A stretch of DNA of 64,000 bases from an uncultured Desulfosarcina sp. (GTDB taxonomy: Bacteria; Desulfobacterota; Desulfobacteria; Desulfobacterales; Desulfosarcinaceae): the NCBI GenBank assembly GCA_963674945.2, contig CAXXWQ010000003.1:2304001-2368000 (forward strand). The letters run 5' to 3'. A program made the translations under genes and the position numbers. Shown piece after piece: positions 39,980 to 49,259 of the stretch. The stretch's first letter is position 1. Each line of letters starts with the position of its first letter. The notes under the pieces are model-generated. The model made no database searches. It saw only the letters and a program-made list of their open reading frames with translations, and was not told the origin of the DNA.

Positions 39980-40713
39980 CGAGGGGCTAAGCAAAAATTT
40001 CCCAAACTAATGTATCCGTTTTCTAATTTTCGTTTTGAGAATCATTCTTGGAAAATATTCTGCTTTTTCATAAGTTAGCAATATTTATGAAATCAATTTC
40101 ATATTGTGTAATTGGTGATATAGCAAATAACAGTATGATTTATTTTTAAAATTTTAAAATCAATCCCGAACCATCTAAATTATTTAGAATTTTTGCTTTT
40201 TATTTTAAATATGGGTATTTTGCACATTATTTGCTTCAATCTCTGGACGTTCCTATATAAATTTCCAGTCTAAGTTCCATTTTTAACAATTCAGAAGAAG
40301 CAGATCCTATTGTGAGATAGGTGCGGAAACCTACGTGTTTCAGGTGGCATGTGAATTTTGTCTATCCTGTTAGGACATTTATACTTCGGTATTGTGGATA
40401 AACAGATTTTGTTTAACGGAGGGAGACAATGACACCACAAAATGAAATACTTAAAAAAGAAGCTGCGTATCATGATGCAATTGCAGAAAAAAATGTTGTC
40501 GATAGGGGCGCTGCAGAATGGCACTACGCACAAGATTCGCCAGCATCATATATAGCCGATGAACTACCGAGATTGAAAAAAAAGCTTCTACAAACCCTTG
40601 GTGATGTTAGCAGGAGAAGAGTTCTCGTTTTAGGTTGTGGTGAGTAAGGGTCAAATAAACCCCATCTTCACATAGCCCAGATATTATGACATCATAGGCT
40701 TGGCAATGAAAAT

Positions 40714-42369
40714 CCTGAATCAGTGGCCTAATTTTTGCTGTTAGGATTGGCGCGGGGCGATTGCCTCACACACCATCATTTGTTGATAATTTTTCTCACT
40801 ATTTTCAAATTTCGAAGGAATTTTGCTCCTGTTTCTCATTCTTTAGCCATAGCAAATCACCAAGCAAATGCCTGTAAAATTGTTCTTTTAAAAATTATAG
40901 CTACTTCATAGCGGAAAGCAAATTCAGACGAAGATAAATCCGATCCATCAGTTTGGAAAATGGATTGAGTTGGCCAAAGGATATGTACCATTTTCTACTT
41001 CTGGTTACTAATCGACCGGCCATATACATCAAGTCCTGCATGACTGTCCGGATTCGACGCCGGGTAACTTTCTTCCGGCGTATACCGGGCAATTCAGTCG
41101 GATCACTCTCTTCGATGCTGATTTGTCCGATAATCCGTAGCATGTTGTACGTCAGCATCGCCAAATGAAGAATCAAGCTATTGGTGGAAAAATGACCGCT
41201 CGGCAAGCGCTCCAGGCCCATGTCGGATTTGAGTTCGGAGTGAAACTGCTCGCTGGTACCGTGATCGTGATAAAGTCGAATCACCTCATCCGGTGGCAAC
41301 TGTGCGAGGCTGCACCAATAGGTATCGATCTGATACTCGGGGAACAGCAGTACTTGGCCCTTTTTGGTATGCCTTTCGGTAACCTCAAAGATGATTGGGT
41401 AGCGCAATGGATTGCCGTTGATGTCTTCAATCGTCTTTCCGATCCATACACATTTTCCTGAGCGGCAATGCTGTTGCTTGCCGGATTTTTTTGCCAGATC
41501 AACCCACTTTTGAACAGATTCTCTACGCAAATTGCGTTTGATGATAAAGTGGACATTCTTTCGTGAATCGTCAGGAAAGTTGTCTTGACTGTCGTTTCCT
41601 GAATCCAACCTCATCAAAATAGGCTGATCGGTAATTTGCCTGGCATAATCCAAGGTGGCGTTGATAAATTCGGGGGTGTTTTTCTGGCAGTGTTGTTTTC
41701 CTTCTCTGAACTCAAGATTCACCAGATACCCCTCGGTGCCCAGGTAGGCAAAGATCGGAGCGAAGCCATCCGTGCCTTTGTAGGTTCTGGAAACGCCTTC
41801 CTTTTGAGTCTTTGAGTTGTCAAACGGACTCACATCCATATCCAAAGGAAGGAAATCACCCGCACTGGTTTGGATGGGTGAAATCGCCGGAGCGCAGGAT
41901 CGAACCAAATCAACGCCTGCATCCTTAATCAGCTTATCGGCTTGGTTGCCGATCAAATCGATTCGCTGACGCAATGTCGGGCTTGACGGGCATGCACGAT
42001 TGCCAATGGCCTTGTTGAAAAATTCTTGCTTCTCACGAAAAATCTCGATCGCATCGTAATCAGGTTTACCAATACTCATGAGAGCAATCATCGAAGCTAA
42101 AATGTCACCATGAGAAATTTTCGGGTCTACACAATGGACGCCGTTGATCTTTTCGAAACGGAACCTGAAATTTATCGCATCAAGTAATGCGCCGATATTG
42201 ATCAATCCGCTATGACTGGCAAGTTTTTCCATCTCGTGTTTTATGGTGATCGGACGCCGCATTGATTTCACCTCCGAAGTGAGCGTTTAGTGCCCTAATA
42301 TTACCATAATATATATGTTTTATCAATTGGTTATAGTGTTTTAATCAGGTTTTGTGCCACGGAAACAGG
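40714..42369 (-). mobile_element. IS1380-family element nested in IS66
   Basis: IR CCTGAATCAGTGGC / GCCACGGAAACAGG (11/14); 5-bp duplication AAAAT at 40709-40713 and 42370-42374. Confidence 0.88.
40901..42262 (-). CDS. IS1380-family transposase
   Basis: LDMDVSPFDN, RLDSGND, YHDHGTSEQFHSELK. Confidence 0.88.
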   Translation of the reverse strand: MRRPITIKHEMEKLASHSGLINIGALLDAINFRFRFEKINGVHCVDPKISHGDILASMIALMSIGKPDYDAIEIFREKQEFFNKAIGNRACPSSPTLRQRIDLIGNQADKLIKDAGVDLVRSCAPAISPIQTSAGDFLPLDMDVSPFDNSKTQKEGVSRTYKGTDGFAPIFAYLGTEGYLVNLEFREGKQHCQKNTPEFINATLDYARQITDQPILMRLDSGNDSQDNFPDDSRKNVHFIIKRNLRRESVQKWVDLAKKSGKQQHCRSGKCVWIGKTIEDINGNPLRYPIIFEVTERHTKKGQVLLFPEYQIDTYWCSLAQLPPDEVIRLYHDHGTSEQFHSELKSDMGLERLPSGHFSTNSLILHLAMLTYNMLRIIGQISIEESDPTELPGIRRKKVTRRRIRTVMQDLMYMAGRLVTRSRKWYISFGQLNPFSKLMDRIYLRLNLLSAMK

Positions 42370-42422
42370 AAAATGTGTATGGGAGACGATTGTGAACCGG
42401 CCGGTAGAAAGTAAGAGAAGAA

Positions 42423-43982
42423 TCAATAGCGAAGGATCGCCAGCGTCTGTTTGTCGATATTTTTTGGCAAAAGCGCCAGATGGTCCTCCCGCGTCCTGGC
42501 CAGCGGAAGTTTGGCGAACAGGTATCGAAGATAGGCATAGGGTTCCAGCCCATTGGCTTTGGCCGTTTCGATCAAACCGAAGAAGGTGGCGCTGGCTTCC
42601 GCACCCCGGGGCGCGCCGGAAAACAGCCAGTTCTTGCGACCCAACACGAATGGCCGGATGACATTTTCAGCCACATTGTTGTCGGGCTTCAGAAATCCGG
42701 CATTGATATAGACAACCAGTTTGTCCCATTGGTTTAGGCAATATTGGATCGCTTTGCCGAGAAGGCTTTTCGGAGGAGCTTGCCAATGGTAGGTGTCCAG
42801 CCAGGTTTTAAATTGTTTCAGAATCGGCTTGGCCTTTTCCTGTCGCAGGTCACGGATCTGTTCATACGACAAATCCTTGTCTCGCGCATACCGTTCTATG
42901 CCATACAATGCGCCAATGTAATCCAGCGCCTCGTCGGCAAGCCCCTTGGCTGCTTTTTGTTTGCCGCGCGCCTTGCGCCCTTTGTTCACCTCGACAAATT
43001 TACGTCGGGCATGGGTCAGGCAACCTAAATGGATGATCCCTTGCTTTTGGGACAGCTGATCATAGCCGCTGTAGCCGTCGCTTTGAACATAGCCCGAATA
43101 GTCTTCTATCATATCTTGCACTACCTTCCCACTACGGGTGGGATGATACTGGTAAAGCACCACAGGGGCATCCAACGGGCCGCCACAAAACACCCACATA
43201 TACGATTTTGTTGTATTGCTGCGGCCCGGTTCCTGAAGCACCTGAAACGGACTTTCATCGATATTGATCACAGGACCGCTTCGAATCTCCTGATGCATCA
43301 ATTCGACGATCGGCTGGCAGCAACCGGCGGCCTGAATCATCCAATTGGCCATGGTTGACCGTGAGATGTCAACGCCCAGACGGTCAAATATCTTTTGTTG
43401 GCGATGCAGGGGAAGCGCATCGGCGAATTTTGAGACAGCGATGTGGGCCAGCAGTCCCTCAGTGGCGTTGCTCTTGGGAATCAGTTGTTCTGGCGGCGGA
43501 GCGATCCTAACGGTGGGGCCGTCATCCTCGACGCCTTCGCAGGCCTTGCAGGCGTATTTGGGGCGGATGTGACGGATCACCTGGATTTTTGCCGGGATAT
43601 AATCGAGCTTCTCACAGGTCTCTTCGCCGATACGGCTCAGTTCAACTCCGCAAGCACACCGTTTCTCGGCCTCAGGGATATCGTGCAGGACCTCGACGCG
43701 GGGCAGATCCTCAGGCAACGGTTTGCGGCCACGCTTTTTGCGGGTGTGCTCCGGGACGGTGATGTCGTCATCGGCAAGGACGGGCTCTGCGGTTTCGTCG
43801 GGTTTGAACAACTGGAGTTGGTTGGGATTGACGGCCGGCAAAACTTCACTTTTGCGACCGAACAGCTCGTTCTTCAGCAGACGTACCATTTCTTGCAGAT
43901 GGTCGATTTGCTGCTGCTGAGAAGAGATAATCTCCTTAAGCGATTGGGCGTCATCGGGCAGGTTGTTCGATTCCGAAAGCAT
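42423..43982 (-). CDS. tnpC: IS66 transposase TnpC
   Basis: Coiled coil + Zn finger (CACG, CKAC), IDES, QSDGYSGY, CLTHARRKF, DNNVAENVIRP...GRKNWLF. Confidence 0.93.
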   Translation of the reverse strand: MLSESNNLPDDAQSLKEIISSQQQQIDHLQEMVRLLKNELFGRKSEVLPAVNPNQLQLFKPDETAEPVLADDDITVPEHTRKKRGRKPLPEDLPRVEVLHDIPEAEKRCACGVELSRIGEETCEKLDYIPAKIQVIRHIRPKYACKACEGVEDDGPTVRIAPPPEQLIPKSNATEGLLAHIAVSKFADALPLHRQQKIFDRLGVDISRSTMANWMIQAAGCCQPIVELMHQEIRSGPVINIDESPFQVLQEPGRSNTTKSYMWVFCGGPLDAPVVLYQYHPTRSGKVVQDMIEDYSGYVQSDGYSGYDQLSQKQGIIHLGCLTHARRKFVEVNKGRKARGKQKAAKGLADEALDYIGALYGIERYARDKDLSYEQIRDLRQEKAKPILKQFKTWLDTYHWQAPPKSLLGKAIQYCLNQWDKLVVYINAGFLKPDNNVAENVIRPFVLGRKNWLFSGAPRGAEASATFFGLIETAKANGLEPYAYLRYLFAKLPLARTREDHLALLPKNIDKQTLAILRY

Positions 43983-44045
43983 GCCTGATACATAGCATAA
44001 CCAATTGAATTTGTACACACTTATTTTACTTCCAGGTGGATGTTC

Positions 44046-44393
44046 TCAGCTTGCATAACGGTAGTTTAAACGCACATGAGCATTCGTATAATCCAGTCCG
44101 GCGAGAAGCCATTCCAGTTCTTTCGCACTAAGGGAAACGACTTCTTTTGTGGTTGTTGGCCAGTGGAAACGGTGCTTCTCCAGCCGTTTGAGCCAGAGAG
44201 CAAATCCATTTTTATCCCAGTATAAAATTTTTATCATGTTCCGACGCCGATTGCAGAAGACGAACAGGTCCCCTTCGAAGGGATTCAAATCCATGGCCTG
44301 TTCCACCAAAACCGAAAGCCCGTTGATCGATTTGCGCATATCGGTATTACCCACGGCCAGAAAGACCCTTTTGGGATTGGTGGGCAACATCAT
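44046..44393 (-). CDS. tnpB: IS66 accessory protein TnpB
   Basis: DMRKSINGL, LFVFCNRRR, KILYWD.NGF.LW.KRLE. Confidence 0.93.
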   Translation of the reverse strand: MMLPTNPKRVFLAVGNTDMRKSINGLSVLVEQAMDLNPFEGDLFVFCNRRRNMIKILYWDKNGFALWLKRLEKHRFHWPTTTKEVVSLSAKELEWLLAGLDYTNAHVRLNYRYAS

Positions 44394-44719
44394 AATGTAG
44401 CCACCATTGCAACAAGCTTGTTGATTTCTATCGATCCGTTTTGATCATCGACTTCGATGGTAAATCCGTTGGGGGTATGAATACGAACGGATGGATGTTT
44501 CCTCGTCGCTGATCCGTTGAGCGCAACCGGCAAAAAAGTAACTCGGGTTTTATCAACGGGCATGATGCGCCGTTTCCAATCGTAAAACCGATGGAGAATG
44601 AGATCGTTTTTTTTACAATAGGCCCTTTGGCTTAGGCTGCTGATCTTCCATTTCTCGATATGATTTTCCCAAAATTTTCGCCTTTGCTTGGAATCGAATG
44701 AATCATAGTCTTCAGGCAT
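44390..44719 (-). CDS. tnpA: IS66 accessory protein TnpA
   Basis: W..HI..W..SSLSQRAYC...FYDWKRR HTH pattern; overlaps tnpB. Confidence 0.85.
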   Translation of the reverse strand: MPEDYDSFDSKQRRKFWENHIEKWKISSLSQRAYCKKNDLILHRFYDWKRRIMPVDKTRVTFLPVALNGSATRKHPSVRIHTPNGFTIEVDDQNGSIEINKLVAMVATL

Positions 44720-45459
44720 GATATCTTCTCCTTTCTTTGGGGAAACACATTGCCATGCCTGAACAATTTTGTGAAGATGGGGTTAATAAACCGCTTACTG
44801 TGGTGATGACAGTGCAGCCGTGTGGTTTAGCAAATCGGGGGCTGATGTCGATGCAATAGATATATCGCCAAAATCAATTGAGAACCAGAAAATAATTGCA
44901 GAATTATTGAGATTAAATATTTCTTGTTTTGTCATGGATGCAAATAATCTGGATTTTCCCGACGATGAGTATGATATTGTTTACGGGAATGCAATTTTAC
45001 ACCATTTAGATGTAAAAGAATGTTGTGAGGAAATATATAGAGATGTGATGGACGGGAATGCTTTTTTAAAACTCTTTCGCTTAGCCACTCCCTTTTGGAG
45101 AACTGAGGATGAGCACCCTTTAACGAAAAATGACTTTGCATTCTTTAAACAAAGATTTTCAGATTGTAATAATACACAATTTATACTTTCTGGTCTACCT
45201 TACTTTTTCTTTGTCAGAATAATGAATAATGTAATCCTTAAAAAATTAAAGATAAAATTAAAAATCCCATTGAATAATTCTATTTATTCTTTTTTTGACA
45301 AAGTTGATGATTTTTTATTTTGGCTTTTCCCATTCACGAAAAGTCGGGCATGGTTATGTTTGGTTGAATTACAAAAATAGCTTGAAGCAATAACCACTCA
45401 TAATTACATCGACGCTTCAATTTTTTCATTGTTCGAATTTGCTTACAAAACCTAAATAC

Positions 45460-45494
45460 AAAAAAGGGGGTGCAGAACTAAGTCTGTAACCCCC
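45460..45494 (-). terminator. Intrinsic terminator after the tRNA 3' end
   Basis: Stem GGGGGTGCAGA/TCTGTAACCCCC with a U tract on the minus strand. Confidence 0.65.
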
Positions 45495-45505
45495 AATTGA
45501 TTTTA

Positions 45506-45550
<45 letters not shown>

Positions 45551-47491
45551 ACAGGGCCTTTGAGCTTCCTACATTCCTTATTTTTCAACAACTTATTGAA
45601 ATAAATACATCTTCCAATACCACGCTTTTTCCCATTTTGACCTGTTTTGGGTAGTTTTGGAAAAAAAGTCTCACACAGATTCTCACACGGAAATCATGGT
45701 GTATAGACACCATTGCACCCATAATTGCCCTCCAAAATTATTCCGGCCATCACCGACCTCAAACAACAAGCCGAAGTGTGTGTCACCGGCACCCCATCCC
45801 CCAAATTTACGATCTGCCATCAGGTTACGATCTACGAAACATGATGATCCCCTACCCTATTTTTATTTATGCGCGAACATGATGCAGACCTGTGTCCATT
45901 GTCATTTTACTTTCTATGCCAGATTGTTTTCGACCCCGTTTCAGTTTCCCGCCCATGTAAATAGTTGCACTGGTTTTTCTGACTGCATAATCTATTGTAA
46001 ATACAGATTGATTTGGCTGTTTATTATCATATTCAACCAAAATTTACTTAAGAAATTTACGTAATATACGAATATAACAGCATCACGTATCAAGCAGATA
46101 TCATTGAAAACCCGTTCCACGAGCATGGAGCTGTGCCATGACAACGAGACCGGATCAACTTGCAGCAGTTCCTTCTACGAACTCATCCCCTTGGACTGAG
46201 GGCGATATCCCTCGTCGTCAGGGGACATGCAATGTCATGTTGATTGCGCCTCATGGGCATCCTAATAACGATGGCAGAACATACTCGATTACCAGACTGG
46301 CGTCTGACGTGCTCGATTCATATGCTATCGTCAACAAAACTTACCAGAAACCACCTTTCAAAAGAAATAAAGACAGCAGCTATGTTATTGTGAATGGCAA
46401 AAAAGTTCGGCATGACCCAGATAAATTAAAGAAGTGGATCAACCTGAATCGGAAAAATCAGGTCGAGCAACATCTTGGAACAGAGTTCAAAGTTCCACTC
46501 CGCAATTTCGTCAACGAGATCATTCAAAAATACGGTAATGCCATCGTTATCTGGATTCATGGCATTGATGATGACAATCTAACCCCTAAAAATACATATG
46601 GTAGCCGTCCAGGTATGGACGCGCTGATTGGTATCGGTCAAGGTGAACCTGACAGCCTAACGGCCAGCAATAAAACCGTCGCCAAATTGATTAAATATCT
46701 TTCATCTAACTCAGCCAAACCCATAGCGGCCTCTCTTGCAAAGAAGGGTTCGGATTATTGTGGCTGGCACCAAAACGTCATGAATCAATTTTTTGTGAAG
46801 CAATACGGGCTGGACAAGGTCGAGTCCATCCAAATTGAGATCAAGAAAAAGGGGTTTCGAGAATCTGGTAATTACAAAATCACAGCTCAAGCCATTGCCA
46901 AATCCATTATGGAGATGACCTTGCAAAAGCCTAAAAAAGACACAGAGAGCGCCTCAGTGGACAGCGCTGACCAAAATGGCACCATCCAGCAAATCAAGGC
47001 TGGCGATATTGACCTCGACAATGATCAATTCAAAGCAAGGATCGATGAAATCGATTCCGACTCGATTGAATTCAAACGGCTGGTGGAATCAGTAGGAAAA
47101 GACGGGGTATTGAATAACATTATCGTCAGACTGTGTTGCGGTGACGGTGATGAAAAACCGTATCAATTGATTTCTGGTTTCCGAAGGATGACAGCCCTGA
47201 AGGCATCCAAAAATGGGTTAGCTGGTTTCAAAGATGAACCAGTTTGGGCTAGGGTGCTGGATGCCAATGTATCAAACGATGATGCCTACCGAATCAGCTT
47301 CACGGAAAACTTGGCCCGGAAAGATTTGTCCTTGTGGGAAATTGCTCAGGCATGTGCCGAAATAAAGAAGAAAATGGAAGTACCCGGTAAGATTAAGGGT
47401 GATATTGACGATTATATTGCCAGCTTGATCCAAAAAGATAAAAGGACTGTAAGACGTTATCTGAAGCTGGCATCAATTCAGAATAATAAAA

Positions 47492-48539
47492 CTGGGGTAT
47501 GCACTTGACTCCAGTGGCCACAACATATAGTGTACCAGTCTATGGAGGAAGATTACCCCAGAACGTTGATAGAATTTGAAAAACGATTTAGCTCTGAAGC
47601 TGGATGCACTGACTATTTGATGGCTCTTAGATGGCCCGAAGGCTTCCGTTGCCCTCATTGCGGTTCTGCATCCTCGTGGAGAACTAAACGATCCCAGTTT
47701 CATTGTACTGATTGTGGAAATCAATCTACGATAACTTCCGGTACAATTTTTCACGGCACCAGAAAGCCCTTGTCTCTTTGGTTTCGGGCTATGTGGCACA
47801 TTACAGGTCAGAAGTACGGAGCTAATGCACTTGGGCTTCAGAGAGTACTTAACCTTGGGAGTTATAATACCGCCTGGCAATGGCTCCATAAACTTCGAAG
47901 AGCAATGGTTCGTCCAGGACGTGACCGATTGTCCGGGATTGTTGAAGTTGATGAAACCTATGTCGGTGGGAAAAAGTCTGGAAAACGCGGTCGGGGTGCT
48001 GAAGGTAAAGCTTTGGTCGGTATTGCCGTGGAGGATAAAGGCCGAAAAGGAATTGGGCGAATTAGACTCTGGCACCTCGAAGACGCATCGGGAGATAGTC
48101 TGACTCAATTTGTACAAGAAATCGCCCAGCCAGGCAGCACCATCAGGACGGATGATTGGCCCGGCTATAGCAGCCTTGGCGATAAAGGATTTAAGCATAT
48201 TGCGATTCCATCGCATGACTTGAAGATTGTACATTTGGTAGCGTCGCTCATGAAACGATGGTTACTTGGTACTTATCAAGGGGCGGTCAGACCGTCTCAT
48301 TTGATGTACTATTTGGATGAATTCACATTCAGGTTCAACCGTAGAACATCAGTGTCTCGCGGAAAACTATTTTACAGGCTGGTCCAACAGGCCGTGATGG
48401 TGGACCCTGCCCCAGCTAGTACTCTTAAAGGTGCATCGTTACCGTTTTTGGAAGGGGCAGCAAATTTAAATCTCGATCCAATTGACGATGACCTGGGCCA
48501 CAACATATAGTATGTGCTGGATTTAAGTGCATACCCCAG
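47492..48539 (+). mobile_element. IS1595-family insertion sequence
   Basis: IR CTGGGGTATGCACTTGACTCCAG / CTGGATTTAAGTGCATACCCCAG; 8-bp duplication TAATAAAA at 47484-47491 and 48540-48547. Confidence 0.94.
47542..48510 (+). CDS. IS1595-family transposase
   Basis: Zn ribbon CPHC/CTDC, VEVDETYVGG, IRTDDWPGY, YLDEFTFRFNRR. Confidence 0.92.
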   Translation: MEEDYPRTLIEFEKRFSSEAGCTDYLMALRWPEGFRCPHCGSASSWRTKRSQFHCTDCGNQSTITSGTIFHGTRKPLSLWFRAMWHITGQKYGANALGLQRVLNLGSYNTAWQWLHKLRRAMVRPGRDRLSGIVEVDETYVGGKKSGKRGRGAEGKALVGIAVEDKGRKGIGRIRLWHLEDASGDSLTQFVQEIAQPGSTIRTDDWPGYSSLGDKGFKHIAIPSHDLKIVHLVASLMKRWLLGTYQGAVRPSHLMYYLDEFTFRFNRRTSVSRGKLFYRLVQQAVMVDPAPASTLKGASLPFLEGAANLNLDPIDDDLGHNI

Positions 48540-49259
48540 TAATAAAATTAAAGAAGCGGTCCATTCCGGTAACATTTCACCAACTATGGCCCTTGAAATA
48601 GGCAAAAAAGATTTGGTGAAAGACGATCCTGATAATATTTCAGCATTGTTGAATTATCTTGTTACACACCCCAAAACAACAAGGGAATTTGAAAAAGTTT
48701 ATAGAAATCTTGAATATTGTTGCGAATGCTCAAAGATGTCAATGGCTGCCGTACTGGAATGCAAAAACGCGGATGATTTCCTTTCCTTGCCAGACGATGA
48801 GCTTGGTGCTCGAATAGAAAACTTACACAGCAAGACGCATAAAGATTATCCAGAAATCCTCAAAGGCAGGGCCGGATCGTTGATTAAAGAAGCTGGTGAA
48901 ATCGATTCTGGATTGAAAAAAAAGGATGCCACTGCTGAATTCAAAAAGAACAATAAAGACATCGTCGATAAAGTCCACGAAGCCTTCCATAAATCAGATA
49001 TCGATGGAAAGTTCAAAATAATACCAGCTCCGGGCTCCGATGTAAATAAAGTCACGGTAACTATTACGGTTCCTAAAGATCAGATGTGGCAAGCTTTTGA
49101 TGCTATCTCGGGAGAAAATAATTCCCATGCTGAAAAGGTCATTCGAAAAAAGAAAACGAAGCCTTTAAAAGTCGTTTCGGCATTATCTAATAATGTCGAA
49201 AATTCTGAGTCTACCGTCAAAGGTGAATCAAAAACCGTATATAGAGGTAGTTTCAAGAA

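Larger units (their letters stand above)
40644..44798 (-). mobile_element. IS66-family element carrying a nested IS1380
   Basis: Ends GTAAGGGTCAAATAAACCCCATCTTCACA / TGTGAAGATGGGGTTAATAAACCGCTTAC; 8-bp duplication TGTGGTGA at 40636-40643 and 44799-44806. Confidence 0.93.
40429..45380 (+). pseudogene. Class I SAM methyltransferase interrupted by IS66
   Basis: Removing 40644-44806 rejoins VLVLGCG|DDSAAVWFSKSGADVDAIDIS in frame (262 aa). Confidence 0.9.

Noticed and set aside
47473..48234. 253-aa minus-strand ORF
   Set aside because: Antisense shadow of the IS1595 transposase with no recognisable motif.
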